Positions 19,401-28,600 of a DNA stretch of 64,000 nt are shown in pieces. The DNA comes from a virus, in IMG/VR virus record IMGVR_UViG_3300005573_000052; one strand, 5' to 3'. Position numbers and translations under genes: made by a program. How positions within the stretch are numbered: the stretch's first letter is position 1; every line of letters starts with the position of its first letter. The notes under the pieces were generated by a model that was not told the origin of the DNA, did no database searches, and was given only the letters and a program-made list of their open reading frames with translations.

Positions 19401-22314
19401 TGGATTGGTCAAAGAAAATCTGAATAATCCCAACGGGATTCAGAACTACATTCAGGCTACCTCTCCTGTCAACCGTCGTCTAATTGGGGGGCAGAACTTA
19501 ATTCAGGAACTGGGTGCGAACAGGTCGTCACTGATTAGTGAAACCCTTGCGATATTTGGCAACGGAGTCAGTAATAAAAACATCGCAGCAGGAACGGAGG
19601 CATTCGCCTCTGCTCTTGAACAAGTTCCCACTGAAAAACTTAATGCTCTGAGTCGGCTGCTAACTCAAAACCCCCAAGCGGCACTAAAAGAAGTGGGAAA
19701 TATCGTTGGAGCAGCAAGTAACCCTGATTTCCAGAAATCGCTGGCGAGAGTATCTTCTCGACCGTATTCGGGAGATTTTGGCGACAACAGCGAAACTCAA
19801 CTGGTTCGATTCGCCTTGCGTCAGGCACTGTTCGATTTGACCCGGGGGCGTGCTCAAGGGGCCAGCCAATCGACCCAAGATCGCAATTTCGTGGCACGAG
19901 AACTGGAACTCCGCGACTTGGCCTTTGATTATGATCGGGGGGCTCGGTATACTCAACTTTCCGGGGCAGCACAACAGCGGCTAAATCAGAACAGACAAAG
20001 GCTGCTTCTCACCACGGGAGGAGCTGGAGAACTGGGATCGTTGATTCAACAGGGCGGCTTCGACATTGAAAATATACGAAGCCAGTCTTCTGTCGAGAAA
20101 AGCGTGCTGTTGCAAACCGGACAGAGGGACTTGGTCCGGCTGTTGAAGGCCTCGGGAGCCGATTCGCCAGAATATCGCAAACGAATCGCCGAATTAACCA
20201 GCCTTGGTTCAGTCCAGTCCCTGAAGGGGTTTTTGGACACCCCAGAAGGAAAGCGAGCCGCGCCGAACGCAAACATGTCCCAATTTCTGGACGCCTTGGG
20301 GCAACTCGCTGACCAGCTTGGAGCCTTGGACGAGACAGAAAGACAGAACATCCGGGTGACAGAAGACGCCACTCAGACCAACATCCGGCTTTATCAGTTC
20401 TCCCGTTCGCGAGGAGGGGCACTGGCAGAATCCCGCACCGGGTTAAACGCCGCCTTGGAGGAAGAAAGTGCCGCACGTCGTCGAGGCGAAGTCCCCAGTA
20501 TCCTTAATGAACGTCGATTGGCAAGAGAAGAAGCTCAAGATTTGCTTTATACTCGTTGGAATCCGAATACTGCTGCCGAAAGTGGATTCAATGCGCGCCA
20601 ATATATTAGAAATTTGGAAAGGAGTGTCAATTCCTCGGCCGCCATGGATCAAGCCTATGTTCAGTCTGATCGTGGGCAACGGCTTAGCCTACTTATGACT
20701 CAGGCTCGGGCCTCAGGGCGACGTGGTCAACAACAACGTTTGGATGAGTTGGAGATAACTCGCGCAAATCCTTATGCCACGGGTTCGGATTTGTCCGGGG
20801 CTGCATTCAGCGTGGCGCGTGATAAGGGCACAAACGGCGAGTTTTTCGGGTCTCTCAAAACAGGTTTTGGTTCCGTTTTCGCTGGACTTAAGGCTGACAT
20901 CAAAGACCTTTCCCAACTCGGCGCTCAGCTCGGCCAGTCTCTCGAACAGAACCTCGGCAATGCGTTCGGCAATTTTGTCACTGGCACTCAAACTGCCTCA
21001 CAAGCCTTCCGTTCGTTCACTATTAGCGTGCTTAATGATGCTGCCCGGGCGTTTGCCTCCAAAGCTGTGCAGGGATTGTTGGGGATGCTGTTGGGGAACA
21101 TTGGATTTGGGGGGTTGCTGGGTGGAACAGGGGCAACTGCTGGATCGGGAGGACTATCTTCCGATATCATTGCCGAGGCATCAACCCGGGGCAAAGCCAA
21201 TGGCGGTTTCGTGTTCGCCAACGGTGGCTCTGTTCCAGCCCTGCTCACTGGCGGCGAATATGTGTTTACGCCCCAGCAAGTGAAACGCCTTGGTCCACAG
21301 GCTATGCAGGCCTTGAATACCGGCGCGACCCATGCGGGCGGCGGGATGGTTAACGGAGGCTCTGGCATCCGGGACGACGTGGCTGCACGACTCCAGCCCG
21401 GCTCCTACGTCATCAAGAAGAGCATGGTGCAGAAATATGGAGCCGACTATCTGGACCACTTGGCCAGTGGGGGAGCGGTGCAGCGGCGCTTTTGGGGCGG
21501 CTTCATCCTTCCGGGCGCGCTTCTGGGTGGTATCATCGGCGGGATTTCGGGAGGTAAGAAGGGCGCGCTGATGGGTCTCGTTGCGGGCGCAGCCTTGGGC
21601 GGACTTGGCAATGTGGCTGGGGGCGGTTCCTTCTTTGGGGGCACGGCTGCTACACAGGCCGCAACAGGGATTGGGGCATTGAGCAAGGTCCCACTTACCA
21701 TGGCTCAAAAGCTTATCTTTATGGGCGGCGGGGCAGCTATTCTTGGTGTAGCGGCGGGCATGGCTGCTCCCCGTAATAACCGCCTGATGTCGCAAGCCCA
21801 AATTATCGGCTATCAGGGCGAATTGGAGCGCAATCAGCAGGCCGAGATTGACGCCATGCGCGCAAACGGGGGGTTACCCTATGTCCGCGACGGCGTGCTT
21901 ATGGGCAGTATTGGGGGGTCCAACGCGGGCAACTATGCTCCGGGCATCAGCCGAGTCTATACCGCCTCAACCCGTCAGTTTTTCGGCAATGGCAGCACTC
22001 GGTTTGCCGATGGTGGGGCCAGCGGGTCCATGACCGCGTCGTCCGGTATGGCCTCCGTCATCAACACTCCTACTCCTGTGTTCACGGCAGGAAATCCGCG
22101 CGGTGGCGGTTCCAACGTCGGTATCAATGTCACCATCAACGACAACGGTAGTTCAACGTCTTCAACCAAGAGTAGCGGGGGAGGCATGGACCAGCAGTTT
22201 GGCGAGGTGCTTGGTCGCCGCATCAAGGAAGTCACCATGCAGACCATTCAAGAACAACAGCGTGTTGGCGGTATTCTGCGCCCGCAGAGCCAGATGCGCC
22301 CGGCTTACTCCTAA
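16450..22314 (+). CDS. Tail tape measure protein
   Basis: 1954 aa; TP901-like N-terminal domain (AQEFARQGLS..LTRLAAVD..KLANADAAFAVSAKDL); Gly-zipper segments; GGEYV..GADYL repeats. Confidence 0.92.
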   Translation: MAIPPVQLPVDVYLTDKSLNNLRRSLSNVRGLDVFAQASQGVRQFEGALDRANQRVVLFGASTAILYSALRGFQELGRATLTVEKNLIAINSIFKLTNTQLSQFSKDLFNVAVGTSQAFEKVADAAQEFARQGLSVTETTKRTKDAMILTRLAAVDTATAVNTLTASINGFQREALDSTTIVNKLANADAAFAVSAKDLSDSLVRVGSAASDVGVSFDQLISLVTATKQITGRDGAVIAQALNTIFTRVGRKDTQEALEGLGVQMRDLATNKALPTIQVLANFARVYDSLTGSTRTWAAELVGGVRNLNTLKAVLADLSKENSVYGQVMGVLGDKTNAAYIRNEELNKSLEATIERMSVVTKQIYSNIGNVGFSGPVKSLLNGLTNNVVTDALRDADGTAETMGGQIAQGFIKGFGNAVVFGLGPVLLKALLSISTRTFRNLIDDVKLASGLTKQQQIQAETQAQIVGLYNSGNQALMQQLANATSLTERYLILERTLQSIRASNAAFASEVAGATSFLIGRGYNPKVPRRAAGGYLPSAISAESAAISMGIGGAPAGARPVTVPNFKFGGGVIGPLVANTSEFIVPNMAGGGSAVYNREMIQKFGLPPGATPVAAGGYVPNAAGGMDSYDYSSEIAAFEAQQNRSRYNPRQYSSPAGPPFPTSAQWKKLDPVGYQRSADFERAQKELEKVAKEEARLAKMKLAQMEADWQQEESSRAVKRGLTKTEIALSEKQLRSHREEVALRQEELRAAFLKRKSVKEAPYVTAPPSGNWEAYIASLRARQVGGSFLAGDIQRMMEIEGVIPANEALMGLGKIQIPLRPPGGGTGIIGAPSAPSWISRARAQLTSPIGRVGLGIGASFLGGTVPEGKGGTASGIAGGALSNALTYGGAALSFTGNPYIGLGAAIIGGAVGAISKFNKSLDELAEEVDQFKKKLAQGTEAGVNVLRLQEEKLEALRQGNTARVQEIIRQVAVEMRQVRPEYLGLVKENLNNPNGIQNYIQATSPVNRRLIGGQNLIQELGANRSSLISETLAIFGNGVSNKNIAAGTEAFASALEQVPTEKLNALSRLLTQNPQAALKEVGNIVGAASNPDFQKSLARVSSRPYSGDFGDNSETQLVRFALRQALFDLTRGRAQGASQSTQDRNFVARELELRDLAFDYDRGARYTQLSGAAQQRLNQNRQRLLLTTGGAGELGSLIQQGGFDIENIRSQSSVEKSVLLQTGQRDLVRLLKASGADSPEYRKRIAELTSLGSVQSLKGFLDTPEGKRAAPNANMSQFLDALGQLADQLGALDETERQNIRVTEDATQTNIRLYQFSRSRGGALAESRTGLNAALEEESAARRRGEVPSILNERRLAREEAQDLLYTRWNPNTAAESGFNARQYIRNLERSVNSSAAMDQAYVQSDRGQRLSLLMTQARASGRRGQQQRLDELEITRANPYATGSDLSGAAFSVARDKGTNGEFFGSLKTGFGSVFAGLKADIKDLSQLGAQLGQSLEQNLGNAFGNFVTGTQTASQAFRSFTISVLNDAARAFASKAVQGLLGMLLGNIGFGGLLGGTGATAGSGGLSSDIIAEASTRGKANGGFVFANGGSVPALLTGGEYVFTPQQVKRLGPQAMQALNTGATHAGGGMVNGGSGIRDDVAARLQPGSYVIKKSMVQKYGADYLDHLASGGAVQRRFWGGFILPGALLGGIIGGISGGKKGALMGLVAGAALGGLGNVAGGGSFFGGTAATQAATGIGALSKVPLTMAQKLIFMGGGAAILGVAAGMAAPRNNRLMSQAQIIGYQGELERNQQAEIDAMRANGGLPYVRDGVLMGSIGGSNAGNYAPGISRVYTASTRQFFGNGSTRFADGGASGSMTASSGMASVINTPTPVFTAGNPRGGGSNVGINVTINDNGSSTSSTKSSGGGMDQQFGEVLGRRIKEVTMQTIQEQQRVGGILRPQSQMRPAYS

Positions 22315-22326
22315 ACCCATCTTCTC

Positions 22327-23082
22327 ATGCCCGCAGTCACGAACTACTCTTTTCAGACATGGTCCGCCTCCCGGTCCTACCAGAAATGGGATGTAGTTTA
22401 TGGGGCCAGCGCGACCGATACCCGCTACTTCTACGCCACGGTGGACAACAGCGCCGAAAATCCCACGGGCCGATTCTGGTATAACCCGGCTTCGTTTTCG
22501 CGCCAAGACAACGTCACGAGGATGACGTTCACGCAAACGGGGACCCGATTCTTCCAGCCCGGAAGCATTGTGGTGATTTCCGGGGTAACGGCAGACACCA
22601 CGGTGCAGTATACGGGGACGGTGCTCGCGGCGGGCAGTGGTTATGTGGACTACTTGAACCCCGGATATAATACGTCAAGCAACCTGTTCGCGGGGGGTGT
22701 CATGGCCCCGATTCATCCGTATTGGACCACCGGATTCTACTGGTTGCCGAGCTGGCAAACCACGGTAGACCTGTCCCAAAACGTGGTCAAGACACAGCTT
22801 GGCGAGGGCTACAGCCAACAGTTCAACCCGGTCATCAATGCCAACATGTTGGCGTGGAACATGGTGTTTGCCGAGCGCACGGACAAGGAAACCACGGCTC
22901 TGCTTAACTTCGTGGAGAACTACGGCGGTGCGACGCCGTTCAAGGTAGGATTTCCCGTGGGCAAGCTCTATCCCCTGAAACCGGCGGTCCAGTATATCAC
23001 CATTGGTCAACCGAAGCACGAGATGACCTCGTATGGACTGAACAACGTGACCCTGCAAATAGCCCAGAATTTCAACGTGTAG
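22327..23082 (+). CDS. Distal/minor tail protein (lambda gpM-like) with N-terminal extension
   Basis: LGEGYSQQFNPVINANMLAWNMVF resembles gpM FGDGYEQR..GIN; follows the TMP. Confidence 0.7.
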   Translation: MPAVTNYSFQTWSASRSYQKWDVVYGASATDTRYFYATVDNSAENPTGRFWYNPASFSRQDNVTRMTFTQTGTRFFQPGSIVVISGVTADTTVQYTGTVLAAGSGYVDYLNPGYNTSSNLFAGGVMAPIHPYWTTGFYWLPSWQTTVDLSQNVVKTQLGEGYSQQFNPVINANMLAWNMVFAERTDKETTALLNFVENYGGATPFKVGFPVGKLYPLKPAVQYITIGQPKHEMTSYGLNNVTLQIAQNFNV

Positions 23083-23094
23083 CGGGCTGGCGCA

Positions 23095-23102
23095 GGTGTA
23101 TA
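23095..23102 (+). promoter_or_regulatory. Late promoter GGTGTATA
   Basis: Intergenic, upstream of gpL-like gene. Confidence 0.75.
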
Positions 23103-23161
23103 GGATAGTGCTAGGTAAAGGTTAGGTCAAGTCAACGGAACAAGGTAAACACACATAAGTC

Positions 23162-24085
23162 ATGGCACAACAACAGGTTAATGCGGAAGCAACACTGGGC
23201 AACCCCAGTGCCTTAATCAGTTTGTATGAACTGGACGCGCGCTACATTAGTGCCGCAGGTCAACAATTCTTTTTCCATCCCGGAGTAAACGGGCTCCTGC
23301 AACCGGTCACGTATAATGGAATCACGTATACCCCTTATCCAGTCGAAATTACACAAATGGAAATGCCGGGTAATGGCAGTTTGCCTCGGCCCAAGGTTCG
23401 CGCCGCAAATATCAATGGTTTCTTGAGCCAGTTTCTGCTTACCGAAGGGGACCTTGTGGGAGCCAAGTTCATCCGTCGTCGCGTCTATGCACGCTTTTTG
23501 GACAATTCTAACTTCCCCAACAACGTCAATCCCTTCGGCACCCCGGACCCCACCGCCGCTTACGACGACGAAATTTTCTACATCAATCGTAAGGTGACCG
23601 AGAATCAGGAACTAGTCGAGTTTGAATGTGTGACTCCACTCGAACTGGATAACGTTCAAATCCCCTATCGTAAGGTCCTCGGCACGGTGTGTCCGTTCCG
23701 TTTTCGTGACGCCGAGACCTGTGGATATACGTCGTTCAACGCCGTGTGTGACCGGTTTGGCAAGACCTTCAGCGGGGCGGGAACCTCAGGCTACGGATTT
23801 ACCGGCATGGTTTATACCGGGGCGTGGAACAGTGGGGTGAACTACGGATCAGGCACGGTGGTAAGCATCGTGAGCCAGAATGATTTCACGTATGGGCAGA
23901 CATTCGTGTATGTGTGCCGGGTGGACAATACCAGCGGAATCAGCAATAACCCGCAGTTCAACACGACTAACTGGATTCCCGATGCGTGCCCGCATAATCT
24001 GCTGGGGTGCGGACTGCATTATCCGAATGGACAGTTACCAGCGGGATTTTTTCCAGCGGTTGCAAGGCTTGCTTACGAGTCGTAA
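23162..24085 (+). CDS. Minor tail protein L (lambda gpL-like)
   Basis: ISLYELD, GSLPRPKVRAANING, VEFECVTPLEL, CPFRFRDAETCGY and terminal Cys cluster. Confidence 0.85.
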   Translation: MAQQQVNAEATLGNPSALISLYELDARYISAAGQQFFFHPGVNGLLQPVTYNGITYTPYPVEITQMEMPGNGSLPRPKVRAANINGFLSQFLLTEGDLVGAKFIRRRVYARFLDNSNFPNNVNPFGTPDPTAAYDDEIFYINRKVTENQELVEFECVTPLELDNVQIPYRKVLGTVCPFRFRDAETCGYTSFNAVCDRFGKTFSGAGTSGYGFTGMVYTGAWNSGVNYGSGTVVSIVSQNDFTYGQTFVYVCRVDNTSGISNNPQFNTTNWIPDACPHNLLGCGLHYPNGQLPAGFFPAVARLAYES

Positions 24086-24129
24086 TACTGATTATTAACG
24101 CTTTACGATATGATCGCGCAGCAACACCC

Positions 24130-24861
24130 ATGAACACCCGCCTCAAGCACTCCATCATCGACCTCGCCCGCGCCACGCCGGACTTAGAGGTGTGCGGGTT
24201 CATCTACCAGACTCTGGAGGGTCGCCCCGAAATCGCACCGTGTGTCAACGTGGCTGCAAATTCCGCCGAGGAGTTTGAAATCAGCCCGGACGATTACGTG
24301 CGCGTGAGCACCGAACTAGGCCATATCATTGGGGTATATCACAGCCATCCCAAGGGGCGCGGCGCGTTCAGCGAGGCGGACATTGAGGCGGCTGGTGAAT
24401 TCGCGCTGCCCCTGTATCTCTACGCAGTCGAGACCGGCGAATGGCTGGATTATATCCCGTCCACCTATCGGGTAGAACTGGAGGGGCGCACGTTCAGCGC
24501 CGGATTTGACGATTGTTATGGCACCGTCAGAACCTATTTCAGGCAGGAGTTGGGAGTGTATCTCAGTGACTATGATCGAGATGAGACCAGTGAAGATCGC
24601 AATGGCACCCAAATCCTCGAACGTTTTGCGGCGGAGGGCTTTGTGGAAGTGTCGGGAGGTCAACCCATCATGCTGAATGATGCGCTGTTGTTCAAAGCTC
24701 CCGGTTATACGACGCCCCAACACATGGGTGTTGTGCTGCCCGGAAATAGAATGCTCCACCACCAGATTGCGCGGCTGTCGCGGCTGGATGACTTGGAGGC
24801 GCGCTGGATGAGGCGGCTTGTCAAGGTGCTACGCTATCAAGGAAAAACTGTCACACCATGA
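24130..24861 (+). CDS. Tail tip assembly protein K (JAB/MPN plus NlpC/P60)
   Basis: EVCG, YHSHP, FSEAD JAB motifs; DCYGTVR and HMGV NlpC/P60 motifs. Confidence 0.88.
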   Translation: MNTRLKHSIIDLARATPDLEVCGFIYQTLEGRPEIAPCVNVAANSAEEFEISPDDYVRVSTELGHIIGVYHSHPKGRGAFSEADIEAAGEFALPLYLYAVETGEWLDYIPSTYRVELEGRTFSAGFDDCYGTVRTYFRQELGVYLSDYDRDETSEDRNGTQILERFAAEGFVEVSGGQPIMLNDALLFKAPGYTTPQHMGVVLPGNRMLHHQIARLSRLDDLEARWMRRLVKVLRYQGKTVTP

Positions 24862-25661
24862 GTTCCACAGTTATCACTGCCGACACTCAACCAGTCAACC
24901 CGAACCTGACGACCATCCATCTGGAAGGGGCGCTCGGGGCCAAGTTCGGGCGCATTTGGAGGTTGGATGTCAAGTCCACTGCCGAAGCCATCCGAGCCAT
25001 CGACATCAATCTGCGCGGAGCGCTTCAACAATATCTAGCCGGTCCAGCTCGGAACAAATGGTATAAGATTGCGCTGCAAAAAAAGACGAACGTGATTGAC
25101 CCGAAGGAGATTCAGCACCGGAGCGGTCGGTCGGACATCTGGATTATTCCCACCGTGCGCGGCGCGGGCAAGGGACTGGGCAAGATATTGGCTGGCATAG
25201 CTTTGTTGGCGCTCGTTTATTTCACAGGCGGTTTTGCGGCGGGTGTGGCCGGTTGGGGCAGCACCGCAGCGGGCTCTCTTACTTTTTTGGGACAATTGGC
25301 CGTAGGATTCGGCATTTCTCTCATCCTCGGAGGCATAGTTCAAGCCCTTACGCCAACTCCAGCCGAACCGCCCGACAACAAAAACTCTTTCGTTTTTCCG
25401 GGTAGCACGGCTCCTACTGTTCAAGGCGTATGCGTGCCTGTGATTTATGGGCGTGCACTGGTGGCCCCGGTAGTGGTAGGAGTAGGACTAGATAATGACG
25501 ACTTATCTACCGCTTCTTCGACTTCTCTCGGGGGAAGAGGAGAGGCTGATGTTATCACGATTAATAATGGAAATTCACAAGGGGGGGTTTATCAATATGT
25601 CGTAACCATTGAAAATCTTTACCAATATCCCGACCCAACCAAGCCCCCGGTCCCGGGTTAA
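24858..25661 (+). CDS. Tail assembly protein I (lambda gpI-like)
   Basis: HLEGALGAKFGR, IIPTVRGAG, Gly-rich TM-like segment, VPVIYGR. Confidence 0.85.
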   Translation: MSSTVITADTQPVNPNLTTIHLEGALGAKFGRIWRLDVKSTAEAIRAIDINLRGALQQYLAGPARNKWYKIALQKKTNVIDPKEIQHRSGRSDIWIIPTVRGAGKGLGKILAGIALLALVYFTGGFAAGVAGWGSTAAGSLTFLGQLAVGFGISLILGGIVQALTPTPAEPPDNKNSFVFPGSTAPTVQGVCVPVIYGRALVAPVVVGVGLDNDDLSTASSTSLGGRGEADVITINNGNSQGGVYQYVVTIENLYQYPDPTKPPVPG

Positions 25662-25681
25662 CCATTTGACCATATTATCCC

Positions 25682-28600
25682 ATGGGTAACCCTGTTGAAG
25701 CCCCCAATAACCTTGTTTCCAACACCCGGTTGACTTTCCTCGACTTGTTGAGCGAAGGGACCATTGGCGGATTTTGGCCAGTGAGTGGCGTTTCCGGCAA
25801 CAGCCCCCTGTGTTCGGTTTACTTTGACGGCGTGCCGTTGATGAATGGCGACGGCTCGACTAACTACAATCTGTCCGGTCAGGGTTTCCAGTTCGATTAT
25901 CGGTCAGGCACGAGTGGACAGTTCGCCATTTCGGGATTTGATAAGCCGGAAACTTTTATCCCATTGCCTTCTAACACCCGGACTTACAATCCGCCGACTG
26001 GTGCGGGTTACTACCGCCCCGTAGTTGCGGCATTTAACTCCACTCAGTATCCCGATGCAGAAGCGGTCAAGGTCACGGTAAGAGTTCCCGCCTTGTATGC
26101 CATAGACGACGATCAGAACACCAATACATTTAACATCTCTTATGGCATTGATGTGTCGCTTAATGGGGGGGAATGGCAGCCCGTGATGGGAGACACCATC
26201 TACGGCAAATGCACCAGCGATTATTTTCGCACCACTCTCTGTCCGTTACCCAAGACACCACCGCAAAACACCAATTCATGGAAGGTTCGTGTCCGCCGAA
26301 CGAGTCAGAATATCCTATCCAGCCGGGTAGCTAATGAACTGTTCGTGCATGCCATCGCAGTAGTCTCCTCCAGCACCTACCGCTACCCCATGTCCGCACT
26401 GGCGGGCATTCAGATAACTGCCGACCAATTTGGAAGTATTCCGTCGCGAGCCTATGATATCAAGGGTATCAAGGTCGCGATTCCACAGGGCTATACTCCT
26501 ACTCAGTATAATGTAACCGGCTCGTCGCCCATCACACCCGCCGTTTATCCGGCTGTCTGGGATGGCACGTTTGCGGCAGAAAAACAGTGGACCGATAACC
26601 CGGCGTGGATATTCTACGACCTTATCACCAACAAGCGTTACGGTTTGGGCAATTACGTCCGCACCGAATGGATGGACAAGTGGACTCTCTATCAAATCGC
26701 CCAGTTCTGCGACCAGATGGTGGATGACGGCGAAGGCGGATTGGAACCTCAATTTACTTGCAATGTAGCCATCACGCAGGCACAGGACGCCTACACGTTG
26801 ATGAACAATCTCGTGTCAGTGTTCCGAGGCATGCTCTATTGGGCGAACGGGCGCATTATCCCCGTGGGGTCCGAGACACGCTCGCCAGTTTTCAATTTCA
26901 CCAATGCCAATGTGGTCAATGGCATGTTCAACTACTCGGACACTCCGCGCAACACGCGCAGCACGGTAGTTACGACCAAGTGGCTGGACCCACAAAACCA
27001 GTTCCGTCCCACCCCCGAACGCATCGAGGACACCGAAGGTATTGCCCGGTTTGGCTACGTGGAGAAACAAGTGGGATCATTTGCCTGCACCTCGCGCGGG
27101 CAGGCCATTCGCGGCGCGAACTGGATTCTCACGGTAGAACAGCAGTTGACCGAGACGGTGCTTCTCCAAACCGATCTTGAAGGCCTCTACATGCGGCCCG
27201 GTGACATCTTCGGGGTTTACGACAACTACCGCACCAACCAGCAGCAAGGCGGGCGCATCCTGTCGTTTGACTCCACGCGCAGCGGCATGGTATTGGACCG
27301 ACAGGTTAATCTACAGCCCGGATTGACATATTTCATGTCCACGCTGGTGCCCAAGGCCACCTACACCGCCAGCGGTGACATCACTGGGTCGGACCAGATT
27401 GACTTGATTCGTAACAGTCAGTTTGAAGTGCGGCGCGTCTATACCCCTGCCGGAAGTGGGTTGTCCACTATCACAGTCAGTGGGGCGTTTACCACGGGTC
27501 TGATGCCCGGCGCGCCCTTCATCCTGTCGGCCAGCGGCACCAACGCGACCATTTTTGACCAAGCCATCCAATACCGCTGCTTGGCCACTTCCGAACCCTC
27601 CAATGGTGTGACCGAGATATTGGGCGTGCGTTACCAGACCGGCATCAACACCTATGTCACGCGGAATTACTCGGCCGTTACCACCCCGGTTATCAACGGC
27701 GATCTGACTCCGCCCGGCCCCGCGACCGGGTTGTTTGTTACCGGCGTGTCCGGCCTGATGGTAAACAACGCCTTCTACACCTATGCCGCGCTGGTGTGGA
27801 GCGGGTCCAAGAGCGCCAATCTTGCCTATTACCGGGTGACCGGAATTGATCCCGGTGGAAGTCCCGTCCTGATTGGCCAGCCCCAAACCACCGGGATGAA
27901 TTACTCGCTGCCTGTTACGGGCCGCTATGCCTTCCTTGTTGGCGCAGTCAATGCCAATGGAGTGGGGTCCGCGTTTACCTCCGGGTCGTTTACACTGGGT
28001 TCGGCCAATCCGCTGGGCGTCACGGCCCCCCTTTCGGGCATTTACATCATGCCTGAGGATAATGGGCTGGAAGGTGGCCCGGATTACTACTACACCAATT
28101 CCTCAGGCGCGCCTACGGGCTATATTGGTCTGACCCCGACCTTTGTCTGGAACATCACCCAGACCAATGGGTATGACGAACCCACCTCTCAGTTCATCTC
28201 GGGCTATCGTATCCGGCTGTTGAAACTCGGCAACGAGTCAACCAGTCTGATGAACAGCGATGTCTACATCAGCGGCAAGGAGAACCAGAGCTACCAGATA
28301 CCGGCGGGTTACCTGTATACTGGGTATACGGTTGCGCCTTTGCGCGGATTCACTTTCAGCGTGGATACGGTGGACAATTTTGGCAATACCCGGTCCGGGG
28401 CTCGCCTTGCGGTGAACAATGTCATTCCGCTGCCTCCTACGATTGAGCGTTTTCTGGGTTTCAACGGCGGCTTCAATTACACCATCAACCCAACCGCCAA
28501 CTCGGATGCAAGTGGTCTTGCTTTCTGGTGGAACAATAGCAGCGGCTTTACCCCCACATATGGCAACTACAATCTGGTTACCAACAACATTGTCGGGACA

